Below are positions 52,990 to 64,000 of a stretch of DNA of 64,000 nt, one piece after another. A program made the position numbers and the translations under genes. How positions within the stretch are numbered: position 1 is the stretch's first letter; the number at the start of each line of letters is the position of its first letter. Source of the stretch: Eledone cirrhosa (lineage: Eukaryota); NCBI GenBank assembly GCA_964016885.1, contig OZ024741.1:375038001-375102000 (forward strand), given 5' to 3'. Below the pieces are notes generated by a model, which saw nothing but the letters and a program-made list of their open reading frames with translations, searched no databases and was not told the DNA's origin.

Positions 52990-54404
52990 CTTTTACTTGG
53001 TGTTTGTTCATCAATTACCGCCACTTTCCACTGTAAGTACTTCCATTTGTATTTTTATTAGTTGAAATTTGAATTTATTTATATATCTATTTATTTACTT
53101 TATCACCGAGTTTCCATTCATCCATCCATCTTTCCATGGGCCCCGAATTCGTGAAGGTGTTGTTGTGGCACCCTCGTCACGTACAAAGTGTCTTGAGCAT
53201 TTAAATCTGGCTGTCTAAAGACATTTGGTTTATTACAGAGAAGAAGAAGAAGAAGAAGAAGAAGAAGAAGAAGAAGAAGAAGAAGAAGAAGAAGAAGAAG
53301 AAGAAGAATTGATTTCAGTACTGGACTGGTACTTTATTTATCAACCTCAAAAAGATGAAAGACAGAATTGACCTCGACAAAATTTTAACTCAGAGCAGAG
53401 AGCCAGAAAAAATACCGCAAAGCGTTCTATCTGACGTTCTAACAACTCTACCAATTCCCCGATTATATTGTGCGCCCTTGTGGCAAATACAGAAATATAT
53501 ATTATTGTTTCGATATGAATTTATATTAGAACTGAAATTCAATCCTTCGTATTGGAAGTATGTTTTAAAATATTTCAATCTTTCTCTTGAATTTTGAGAA
53601 TAAGAAAATTTTTCATTTAAACACTCTCAAGAGAAAAGCAAAGAATACAATATCAGCAGCAACACAATTAAAGTGTTATTGAAAATAACACTTTTAAAAA
53701 TCATAGAATAAAAAATCTTATTCAAGGCTGAAACGACATCGAATCTAGATTGAAAAAGTTGCATAGAAGTTTACACAAGACAGTTCTTTAAGTATGACGT
53801 TGTAAACAACTGTGGAAGCATACACAATTTTATGCTCCTAACTGAAAGATCGGTATGGTATGATCTCGTAACTTCTGATGGATTCGTAGGGGTGCCGTAG
53901 TGATAAACGGCATTTCTTGGGCAGTTCAAAAATGGCTGAGTCCATCCTTCTCCAAGCCTGATTACAGCAGATTTCTTCCAGAGAAGGATTAAAAGAGGGA
54001 GAGAGGAAATGAGAAAGAGACTAAAGAGTACTAAACTGGTACTTTTTTGGATGAAAAGCAAAGTTGACCTCTGCGGGATTTGAACTCAGAGAGTAGAAAG
54101 CCGGAACGAATATCATAATGCATTCTATCTGACGTGCTAACGACTCTGCCAATTCGCCGCCTGAAAGAAGTATATATTAATACAGGGAAAAATACCTTTT
54201 AACAGATGGCATGTGGCCAAGTTGTTGATCTCACCATCATAACGTTGTGACTTCGATCTATGGGATGGCCAGCTGGTTATACTCTTGAGCAAGATACTTC
54301 ATTTTACGTTGTTTTTCTTAATAAGACTGGCGCACCTATCATTAAAACACCAGAGAAACGTCCCAGCTAAAACCTGCATATAGGGGTGATCTCTAAACTT
54401 TCAT

Positions 54405-54620
54405 TAAGGCAGTGAATTGGTAGAATCATTAGAATGTCGAACAAAATGCTTCACGGTATTTAGTTTCGGATCTTTACTGTGCGGGTTCAAATCATATCAG
54501 GGTCAACATTGCCTCTCATCCTTCTGGGGTCAATAAAATAAAGTAACAGTCAAGTACTATGGTCGATGTAATCGACTTACCATCTCCCAAAGTTGCTGGA
54601 CTTGTGCCTAAATTTCAAAC
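54405..54620 (+). mobile_element. Deu/Nin-domain SINE
   Basis: GGTTCAAATC B box; GCCTCTCATCCTTCTGGGGTCAATAAAATAAAGTA; TGCTGGACTTGTGCC tail. Confidence 0.75.
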
Positions 54621-55762
54621 CGTTTATAGATAGAAACGTAACTGTGCAATCAACATTTTTAATGAATTTCAAAGTTATGTGAATGAATTAAAAATTAATA
54701 ACGGGAGTAACGACATAGTGGGGAAAGCCGAACCACCCAGAGATACTGACTATATCTAGAACAAAGAGACCAAGACCGACTGGTGGAATCAGAGGATATC
54801 AGCAGTCTGGCTAGGACCGGATTAAGACCTCATATAATGTAATATATACATATATTATATATTAACATAATTATATATAAGCATATATTACATACACATA
54901 TATACATATATACATACACATATACATATATACACATACATATTACATATACACACAAACACACATATTACAAATATATATAAATGTATATGCAAAAAAA
55001 AAAAAAAAAAATACTCTACGAGGACCCTTTTTACTTGAGGCCCTGAATATATGCTCATTTGCTTTATGGTTAATCCAGTGCCGAGTCTGGCACAATATCA
55101 TAAAAAATGGAGGAAAACAGTAGCCGTCTTCCCAACAGCAGATAGATGATGATGATGATGATGATGATGATGAGCGGGAATATACTTTATGAAGAAGAGA
55201 GAAAAACCTAAGTATACTATGAATCATTTAACTGGACGCTTTACCGACTCAGCCACGCTGCCGTATTTAATCTGGATCAATATTTAGTACCAGCTTGTCC
55301 AGTTTCAGTCCAGAAATCATCATTCATTACTTCATCCCAGACTACTGCCATAATCATAAGGATTTATTAATATCATCCCTACCTACCCCATTAATTATTA
55401 TTAGAAATAAAAATAAAGACATGTGATAAAGTAGTTCTGAAGCGCCTGTTGGCTATTGTTATTATCATTATTATTATTTATTTTTTTATCTGGAGTTTAT
55501 TTCAGTTGTTGACAGCTTTCAACAGCTCACTGGTGACCAGCATGTTAGATAGACACAGCGGTGGCTCGAAAATATAGGAACAGTAGCTACGGAGCCAGCA
55601 TGCAGGTCTGATCATAGCTACAGGCAATAATAGCCTGCTATGTCAGCCAGTTTTTAACATTATTCCATAAAGACAAAGCCACAACGATGATATAATGACA
55701 AGCAATATGTCAACAGTTACAAATGAAAGTTTCGTATCTTTTCTTTTCTTTTTTTCCATATT

Positions 55763-55809
<47 letters not shown>

Positions 55810-56529
55810 CTAAGAGAACAAAAACAAAAACAAAAACAAACAAGCTCTTTTTGTCCTCCCTGAAACCACTAAATATCCTTCACTTCTCTGCGGGTATGTA
55901 GAAAAAAGTCAGTGTACAGCACTAAATAGCTAATACCCCCAGTTGGGTACGGCGCATGACCTTAAGGTATGAAGACAGAACAGGAGTTGAAGGACACGTG
56001 CGCACTTGTTAAACTTCCGGCCAACTGTCAACAAAATCCCCCAAGCGAACATCATTACAACTTTTGCTTAAAGTTATTATTACAATACTGCTCACTTCGA
56101 CCACCTCTCTTTCACTGATGAACATCTTCATAAAATAGGTGCATGCGCACACAGGCTTTCAAAATGGATCCACGCACGCAATTACAGGCGCGCATACACA
56201 CACACACACACACATATACGCACACAAATATACACACAGAAATATACACACACATACATACACATATACACACATTCAAACGACGAAAGCTGGACGGGTT
56301 TGTGTGTGCGTGTGTGTATGTGGTGTATATGTGTGAATGTGCCTATGTGTATGTATATATGTGTGTGTGTGGTGTGTGCGTGTGTGTATGTGTGTATGTT
56401 TGTATGTGTGTGTATGTGTGTTGTATGTGGGGGTGGTGTGTGTATGTATGCATGTGTGTGTTTGCGTGAGTATGTCTGTATGTGTGTGTATGTGTAAGTA
56501 TATGTGTGTTTGTGTGAGTGTAGTAAGAT

Positions 56530-56836
56530 CCCTGTCTGTTCTGACGACGAGTGTTCCAGTTGAATTGCCCAACGGAACAGTCAACTTAATTAACGTGTAA
56601 ACTGGTTGAGCATTCCACAGACACGTGTACCCTTAGCATAGTTCTTGGGAAGATTCAGCCTACGCAGTGTGTGACAAGGCTGGCCTTTTGAATTGCTGGT
56701 ACAATTCATTTTACCAGTTGAGTGGACTGGAGCCACGTGAAATAAAGTGTCTTGCTCAAGGACTCAACTCGCCACCAGGAATTGAACTCACGACCTTATG
56801 ATCGTGGACAGAACACTCTAACCTCCAAGCCACGCT
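56530..56836 (-). mobile_element. tRNA-derived SINE
   Basis: A box TGGCTTGGAGG, B box AGTTCAATTCC, CCTTGAGCAAGACACTTTATTTCACG. Confidence 0.8.
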
Positions 56837-56907
56837 CTTTGTGTGAGTGTATAGATATATAGATATATACATACACACATACATACACACACACATACAT
56901 ACATACA

Positions 56908-56940
<33 letters not shown>

Positions 56941-56995
56941 CCATACATACATACATACACACATACATACATACATACATACATACATACATACA

Positions 56996-57028
<33 letters not shown>

Positions 57029-57029
57029 C

Positions 57030-57061
<32 letters not shown>

Positions 57062-57107
57062 CATACATACATATATCCATACATACATACATACATACAT
57101 ACATACA

Positions 57108-57140
<33 letters not shown>

Positions 57141-57229
57141 CCATACATATATACATACATACATACATACATATATCCATACATACATACATACATACAT
57201 ACATACATACATACATACATACATACATA

Positions 57230-57580
57230 CATGATGGCTACAAACTCTGCTAAGAGTATTGCAATCGCTTGTCAGATTATAGAGTTTGGTGCACTTTTAG
57301 GCTACGGCCAGCCACATGAACCTGTAACAGATCCTAACAAGCAATGCCTGTGCTTTGAAGGTTTTTTAAGTGAGGAAAGGCCTTGTACTCGACCAATCCC
57401 ACTCTCTGAGCATCGAAAACACTACCTGAAAAGGAGAACTGGTCAACATCTTCAGATGCTTCTGAAGCCACAGGTTTCCCTCCCTAGAAAGGTGTTGTGA
57501 CAACTGGAGGCCTTTCACTCCCAGGTGAAAAAAAAAGTACTATATGGATGGTCGTTGACACTGCTGAGTTCCTCCGCTCT
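57230..57580 (-). mobile_element. Second copy of the (ATGT)n-tailed element
   Basis: Colinear with 22810-23185; long (TACA)n tail at 56870-57230. Confidence 0.8.
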
Positions 57581-57636
57581 ACATACATACATGCACACAT
57601 ATACATATGTATATACAAACATACATATATATATAA

Positions 57637-57689
<53 letters not shown>

Positions 57690-57772
57690 AAAGTAAACAA
57701 AAATAACAACACAATCGATATAGTATATGCAAGGAATATATTAGGTTAACGCTTGAAATAGCAGGAAGAGGG

Positions 57773-57808
57773 TCTTAACGTTTCGAACGGTAGTCCTTCA
57801 TCAGAAGA
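57773..57808 (-). ncRNA. Minimal type I hammerhead ribozyme
   Basis: Minus strand TCTT-CTGATGA-AGGA(CTACCG)TTC-GAAA-CG-TT-AAGA; stem III reduced to the AACGTT palindrome. Confidence 0.7.
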
Positions 57809-58204
57809 AAGAATGAGAAATTAGAAAGATTGAAAGAGACAGGCAGGGTGGAATCGGAAAAAGTGTTGCTAGAGAAAAATAACAGGTCCATTCATGTTGC
57901 CATCTCTTACACAAACATTCTGCATATAATAACTGTATGTACATATATAGAGATGTAAAACATATGCACATAAACACATATAACTCAAAACATCAAAATC
58001 TACTCATACAATAACATCCATACCTGCACACACACACACCCGTATGCATGCAGACATGTGCATACATATCTACCTGGTTGATATCTAAATTCTAATGAAA
58101 GAGTCTTGTGTTTATGTTAGCAACCGACTCTCTCTATTGATAAAAATTTATAAAACTATAAAACTAGAAGAACATACATGCATGCTTCTCTCTCTCTCTT
58201 TATA

Positions 58205-58265
<61 letters not shown>

Positions 58266-58425
58266 ATCCTTCACTATAGTGGTCCTTTACTCCTTGTAAT
58301 TGAAAACATACCCCGCTTTTATGTTTTCTTCTCTGTATACTGTATTATTAAAAGCCCTGTAATTATTCCTTGAGCTCATAAAATTACAAGGGTTTAACGC
58401 GAGTCTTTACCTCAATTTTTTCATT

Positions 58426-58475
<50 letters not shown>

Positions 58476-58609
58476 AGAAGGATATTCAATTTGTTGGTAA
58501 TTCAACAAATATAAATGTTTATAACTGATTCAGAGCACTCGACAGATTTTTGGAGTATAATATTCAATGATATTAAATAAATGGAAACTATATTTATAAA
58601 ACCATATTT

Positions 58610-58668
58610 ATTCTATTATATAAATTTCAAGGCTACCAAAATTTTGGTACGCTTTCATCAGATAAAAT
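58610..58668 (-). ncRNA. Type I hammerhead ribozyme (left arm)
   Basis: ATTTTAT-CTGATGA-AAGCGTACCAAAATTTTGGTAGCCTT-GAAA-TTTATA-TA-ATAGAAT. Confidence 0.7.
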
Positions 58669-58805
58669 ACGAAGTGTGTTTTATAAATTTTGATATAACC
58701 AAGGAAAATATAGCTTAACGGTTCAAGCTTACCTATCCAAGGAAAACTTGAACCGTTAAGGTATATTTTCCTTGGTTATGTCAAAATTTATAAAATACAC
58801 TTCGT

Positions 58806-58864
58806 ATTTTATCTGAGGATAGCGTACCAAAATTTTGGTACCCTTGAAATATATATAATAGAAT
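58806..58864 (+). ncRNA. Type I hammerhead ribozyme (right arm)
   Basis: ATTTTAT-CTGAGGA-TAGCGTACCAAAATTTTGGTACCCTT-GAAA-TATATA-TA-ATAGAAT. Confidence 0.7.
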
Positions 58865-58904
58865 AAATATGGTTTTATAAATATAGTTTCCATTTATTTA
58901 ATAT

Positions 58905-58966
<62 letters not shown>

Positions 58967-59207
58967 ACTAAAAATTATCTCCTGTGATTATTCATGTTTA
59001 TTTATATGTTAATCAATTTCTAGTTATTATAAAATGATCGGACCTATTCGTTAGAATCTTAGAGCTTATTTTGCGGGTGATATGACGCATGTCTTTCTGG
59101 CATGACACCTATAATTTTGATTATCTTAATTTTGGATATATATATATATATAACGGTGATGAATTAGTTTTGCGAGGATTTTGATATGAAATCGTGTGTC
59201 GAAACAA

Positions 59208-59625
59208 ATATTGTTATACTTGGGGAGGGTCATATTTGTGTAATAATATTGCCAGAATTAATAACAGAACACACTGTTTGGTTGGTTTTCGCTTCTGTGT
59301 CTTTTAAATAAATAAATAAATAAATAGACTAAATAAAGATGGCGTAAGCATACAATACAACGGGAGGAAACATAATAGCACCACTGACGATGTTGCAGAT
59401 GTGCAACGAAAGAACTTTCTTAGACTATATATATATGTGTTTGTGTCTATATTGTATCTCTATTTTTGACCGTTGGTCAGTCAATGGTAACATTGAGGAC
59501 CGAATAAATTAAATTAACCGATATAAAAGACACAGAAGCGAAAACCAACCAAACAGTGAGTGTGTTCTGTTATTAATTCTGGCAATATTATTACACAAAT
59601 ATGACCCTCCCTAAGTAGAACAATA
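59208..59625. mobile_element. Fold-back PLE mini-element with a partial HHR at 59384-59425
   Basis: About 100-bp arms with the GGAGGGTCAT terminus; the loop has CTGACGA-T-GTTGCA(GATG)TGCAAC-GAAA, and stem I is not evident. Confidence 0.75.
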
Positions 59626-59641
59626 TATATATATGTGTATA

Positions 59642-59730
<89 letters not shown>

Positions 59731-60093
59731 TTATGTTAGGTTCTACCAATGGGTAGAACCAGTGGTTCGGGTTTGTAAACGATGATGCTACAAATTATTT
59801 AAAGCACTCAACGTTATGCAAACCACTCATCGTAGATGTGGTATCCAGTGGTTGGTGCAGGAACGGATAAAGTATTCATTAAAAGAACAACGGAAGGCCT
59901 GACTGGAAAATTTACTTTAGAATTTTAATTCTGCGAAAACATTGTACATATTCCGATGACCCAGCTCTATCATGCAATTATGATGCTCGACAAGGCGAAT
60001 TTATTATGTGTTATTTGCAGAATTATGTAACAGGAATACGTTGAAACCAAACATAGAATAGAAGATAGAAAAACTCAGATTTACATTTCTTGT

Positions 60094-60200
<107 letters not shown>

Positions 60201-60623
60201 CGTGTGTGTGTGTGTGTGTGCGTGTGTGTGCGTGTGTGTGCGTGTGTTAATTATTTTGATTAAAATAACAAGAGGCCGGACTGGTGAAGTTCCCTTAAAG
60301 TTTTATTGTTTCAAAAACACTATATATTTCAATGGCCAGGTTACGTAAAATCCTGGTGGTATTATCAGCTGCGTACTGCATAATTAGTTACTTAATAAAG
60401 GAATTAAGGCAAACTCTGATTAAACAGAGCAGTTGCCGGTCCAGAAAAAATTAGGTATTAGTATTAGTGCTGTAAAATAGCGATGTATGCCGAGAATAAG
60501 TAAGTGACATAGTCACTACTTGAAAATTCATAGCAAATGGTTTTCAAAATGTATTTAATTAAACATACAGTATATTATCAAATATATTATACATACATTC
60601 ATATATATACATCGCTATTTCAG

Positions 60624-60665
<42 letters not shown>

Positions 60666-60829
60666 TGTATGTATAGTATATTTGGCAATATACCGTATGT
60701 TCAATTAAAAACATTTTGAAGATCCTATATATATATGTATATATATATGTATGTATCAGTTCCTGATTATTACTGAAATTCTATAAGAATCCAGCCTCTA
60801 TAATTTTCGGAAGAGGCGGGGAGTACGTT

Positions 60830-60870
60830 GCTCTGAGGAACACCAACAGTGTGAAACAGAATCTGTCAGC
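60830..60870 (+). ncRNA. Canonical type I hammerhead ribozyme (GUC site)
   Basis: GCT-CTGAGGA-ACAC(CAACA)GTGT-GAAA-CAG(AAT)CTG-TC-AGC with a GGGAG/CTCCC stem I extension. Downstream sequence is repeated inverted (60661-60724) and direct (60488-60603). Confidence 0.85.
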
Positions 60871-61584
60871 TTCTCTCCCTTCCTTTGCCGAAAAAAGAAG
60901 TAAGTGACAAAGTTACTACTTTAAAATTGATAACGCAAGGTCTTCAAATTGTTTTTAATTAAACATACGGTATATTGCCAAATATACTATACATACATTC
61001 ATGTATACACGAACATTTACACAGTTATGCAGAATGACCCGATGAGGCGTTGGGTCGACTTTTAAGCTACAAGCTTCCATGGTTACGCTGAAAATCAATG
61101 AAACAGGAATTTCCCATTCAAATTGAACTGAGAGTAATCTGTGAACGCAGAAGTAAATATTTCGAGAAACGTTGCAACCGAAGGAAAACAGGAAGACGAT
61201 ATTTTGGTTCGTGAAGACGTTCCCTAGCAATGAACGGAAAAAAGCGAGGATAATACGTCGTTATGTGGAGCGAGAAGAACAATTTCATGCAAAAACAAGA
61301 CCAAGTTTATGGTATAAATGGAGTCGTTAGACTTATATTCTATTTAAAATAACAGAATGATTTCCAGCCCCGGAGTTTAAGAATGATGTAAATAAAATTG
61401 AAAACGAAAATGACAGAGGTTATTAAAATAGTAAAAGTAAATAGTGAAGATTTAGGCCAGTACATACGTATGCCCCGACGGACATACACATACATACGCA
61501 CACACAAATACATACACACCCACAAACAAACACACACACACACACACACACACACGCACGCACGCACGCACGTACGCACGCACG

Positions 61585-62031
61585 TATGTATAAACCTTAT
61601 GCATTTCTACAGTATTTTCACCAAACTTAAGACATAGGTTACTTATGTACTCCGGATGGTCATGGGCACTGTCATTTTTCCAGATATTGATTATAGGGCC
61701 TCCCGGCAGATAACCCCTTTAACCCCATTAACAACTTCCTTGGAGTCGACTGAAGCACTGCAGTGCAATGCAACAAAACGTCATAACTTCTGGAGTTCGC
61801 AACCGATTTTCACAAAACTTGACACATGGGCTACGTTTGTCCTACAGGTGAATGTGAACTCTCAGAATTGGCACATATTGAGTAGAGGACCCCTGGGGGC
61901 AGGAACCCCCTTTTGGAAAAAGCCGATGATTTTGTAAAAGTATAATTTTCGAAGCAGCACTGAAGTATTGACATAAATGGTATACACAACTGCTATTTAA
62001 TACCCGAGCAACGCCGGCTACCTCTGCTAGT
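61585..62031 (+). mobile_element. Non-autonomous Helitron-like element
   Basis: 3' hairpin and terminus ATACCCGAGCAACGCCGGCTACCTCTGCTAG|T; internal repeated TTTTCAC.AAACTT..GACA units. Confidence 0.6.
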
Positions 62032-62899
62032 ATAAATATATATATATAAATAAACAAATAGTAAAAAGGAAAAAATTCAATAGAAAATGCTGGAGGGATT
62101 CTTTCAGTATAATATCAAAACATTTATTTATAAAGTGTGTATTTCCGCATTTAATCGTGGTACCTGTTTCAGAATTACATGCTTTTTCAAAAGCGGAAGT
62201 GCAAAGTGAAGTTAAGCTGCATATTTATACGAATAATAATAAAATGTGGAAGAAACATTATTAAGTCTTTACATACATATTTAGAGAGGAAAGTTCATGT
62301 TTCTGTCCGAGGTTATCCTTCATTCTCTGTTAGTTGGCTAACCGAGGTGGTAGTACTCTTATTTTTAGTGTGGATGAAAACTCTATTTTAGTTTCAATCT
62401 CATTTTAGCTTAAACATATTTAGCTAAAAATTTCGGCTAATGAGGGAAACTATATGCGATCATAAGATTCGCTAAAAAAAGCAGCCAAATATTTCTCAAA
62501 ATATATTTATTAGCTAAAGCGTTGGTATCTTTTAAATTGATACCCAGTATTGTGCCTAGCAAACACATCTTACAGTCTCCATGTTTACATCGCCACAAAT
62601 GTATACTAAGGAGGAATATTTACAATCATAACTGTTGAGTGTTTTGTTATCTAACCTTGCCGTGCCAAACCTACGATAGATAGACTCAAGGTACCTCTTA
62701 AAAATCTGCAATATAAAAGCCTGCTTAATGTTTCATCAACAGTACCAACAATCGACCAAATACGTTTATAACAGCTAGCAATACTCATTACATCAGCCAT
62801 TTTACCTCATGGGGCTCCTTCTTCAATCATGATGTTAGAAGTTCTGACTTCATATGAAATATACTGTTTTATATATATATTATATCATATTGTAGGTGA

Positions 62900-63270
62900 T
62901 GAATTGGCTAAGTCGTTAGAACGTCGGATAGAATGCTTTTCAGTTTAAATCCCGCCGGAGTCAACTTTGCCTTTCACCCATTCGAGGCCGATAAAACATG
63001 TACCATTCGAGTACTGGGTCGAGTTTTCTTCACATATCTCTTTCTCACTTCCATTCTCTGACTCTATCTATCCTTCTCTCGAAGAAATCTACTATATTCA
63101 GACCTGGAGAAAGATGAGCTCTGCCAGGTTTAAAAATGCCCTAGAAAGGCCGTATGGCAATACGGTGCCCCTACGATTTCCCTTGGACTTATGGGATCAT
63201 GAATGCATAATATATTGGAGGCATATTATACTGAAAGGAAGAGAAAACAGTTTCAGGAATTGATGGAAGA
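62900..63270 (+). mobile_element. Deu/Nin SINE, long-tailed subfamily
   Basis: GTCAACTTTGCCTTTCACCCATTCGAGGCCGATAAAA plus a 3' extension homologous to 39550-39720 (reverse complement). Confidence 0.7.
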
Positions 63271-64000
63271 TTGCAACAGAAACACACACAAAAACAATCA
63301 ACTTTTGCTAAAACCTTGCCCTAGAGTAGAAGTTTAGCTTGTTCTATTTTATTGTTTTGCTCAATAAAACATTCTAAAATAAATAGATTGTTTTAATATT
63401 TTAACATTATTCTTTTTCTTCTTTCGAGGTTGATGATAAAAAAGGTACCAGTCTAGTACTGGTGTCGATTCTTTCTCTCTATTTCTTTCTCTTTCTATCC
63501 TTCTCTTCAAGAAATCTGCTGGAGAGGAGACGGATTCCGCCATATTTTTTTTAAATGTCCCAGAAACGCTGTATGTCAATATGGTACCTCTACGACTCCA
63601 CCATGAGTTATGGGATCCTACCTTCTTCTTCTTCTTCTTCTTCTTCTTCTTCTTCTTCTTCTTCTTCTTCTTCTTCTTCTTCTTCTTCTTCTTCTTCTTC
63701 TTCTAATCCGCCCCCAGTACTTTACTGGTTCTTCATTTTATTCACTGTGAATGACTGAAAAATAAAATATTGACCAGTATAACTTGAACTTAAAACTTAA
63801 ACGACCATAACTAAATGCCGTGGGCGTTCTGTTCCAATATCTATCACTGCTGTTAATCCACCTTGAGAAATACACGAATATCACTACCTACAATTTATTT
63901 CTTTAATAACACTTTAGCTTCACGTCTATATATGGGTGTTTTAATACACGAATATGATTTAGTTGACTTTGTTTCTAATAACAGCTACGACTACACCAAC

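Larger units (their letters stand above)
58472..58909. mobile_element. Fold-back PLE mini-element in (TA)n, HHR in both arms
   Basis: Arms 58565-58728 / 58747-58909. Confidence 0.85.

Overview
Eukaryotic (animal) non-genic DNA. It is AT-rich and dense in microsatellites: (TA)n, (CA)n, (GA)n, (TACA)n, (GATA)n, (AAC)n, (ACC)n and (GAA)n. The SINE types and repeat landscape suggest a cephalopod, probably Octopus (inference). No host protein-coding gene can be supported, and nearly all listed ORFs are microsatellite artefacts. Real coding content comes from retroelements: a 5'-truncated Penelope-like element (PLE) with an open RT-C-terminus/GIY-YIG ORF (7269-8477, -), a decayed Tx1/L1-type LINE (43.2-45.8 kb, -), CRE-clade restriction-like-endonuclease elements (35.8-37.3 kb, plus two short 3' ends), several RTE fragments and an R4/Dong fragment. 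There are also two tRNA-derived SINE superfamilies (Deu/Nin-domain and Meta/V-like), hAT, Tigger and mariner MITEs, Helitron-like elements, and a 22-copy minisatellite grown from a SINE tail. The most striking signal is a dense set of type I hammerhead ribozyme (HHR) folds: about 13 complete motifs plus further partial or decayed ones. They sit in short fold-back PLE-derived elements inserted mostly in (TA)n. Several carry non-canonical cores: a compensatory U3-A8 pair in two unrelated families, U4A and U4C. All ribozyme folds were read by eye and their activity is untested.
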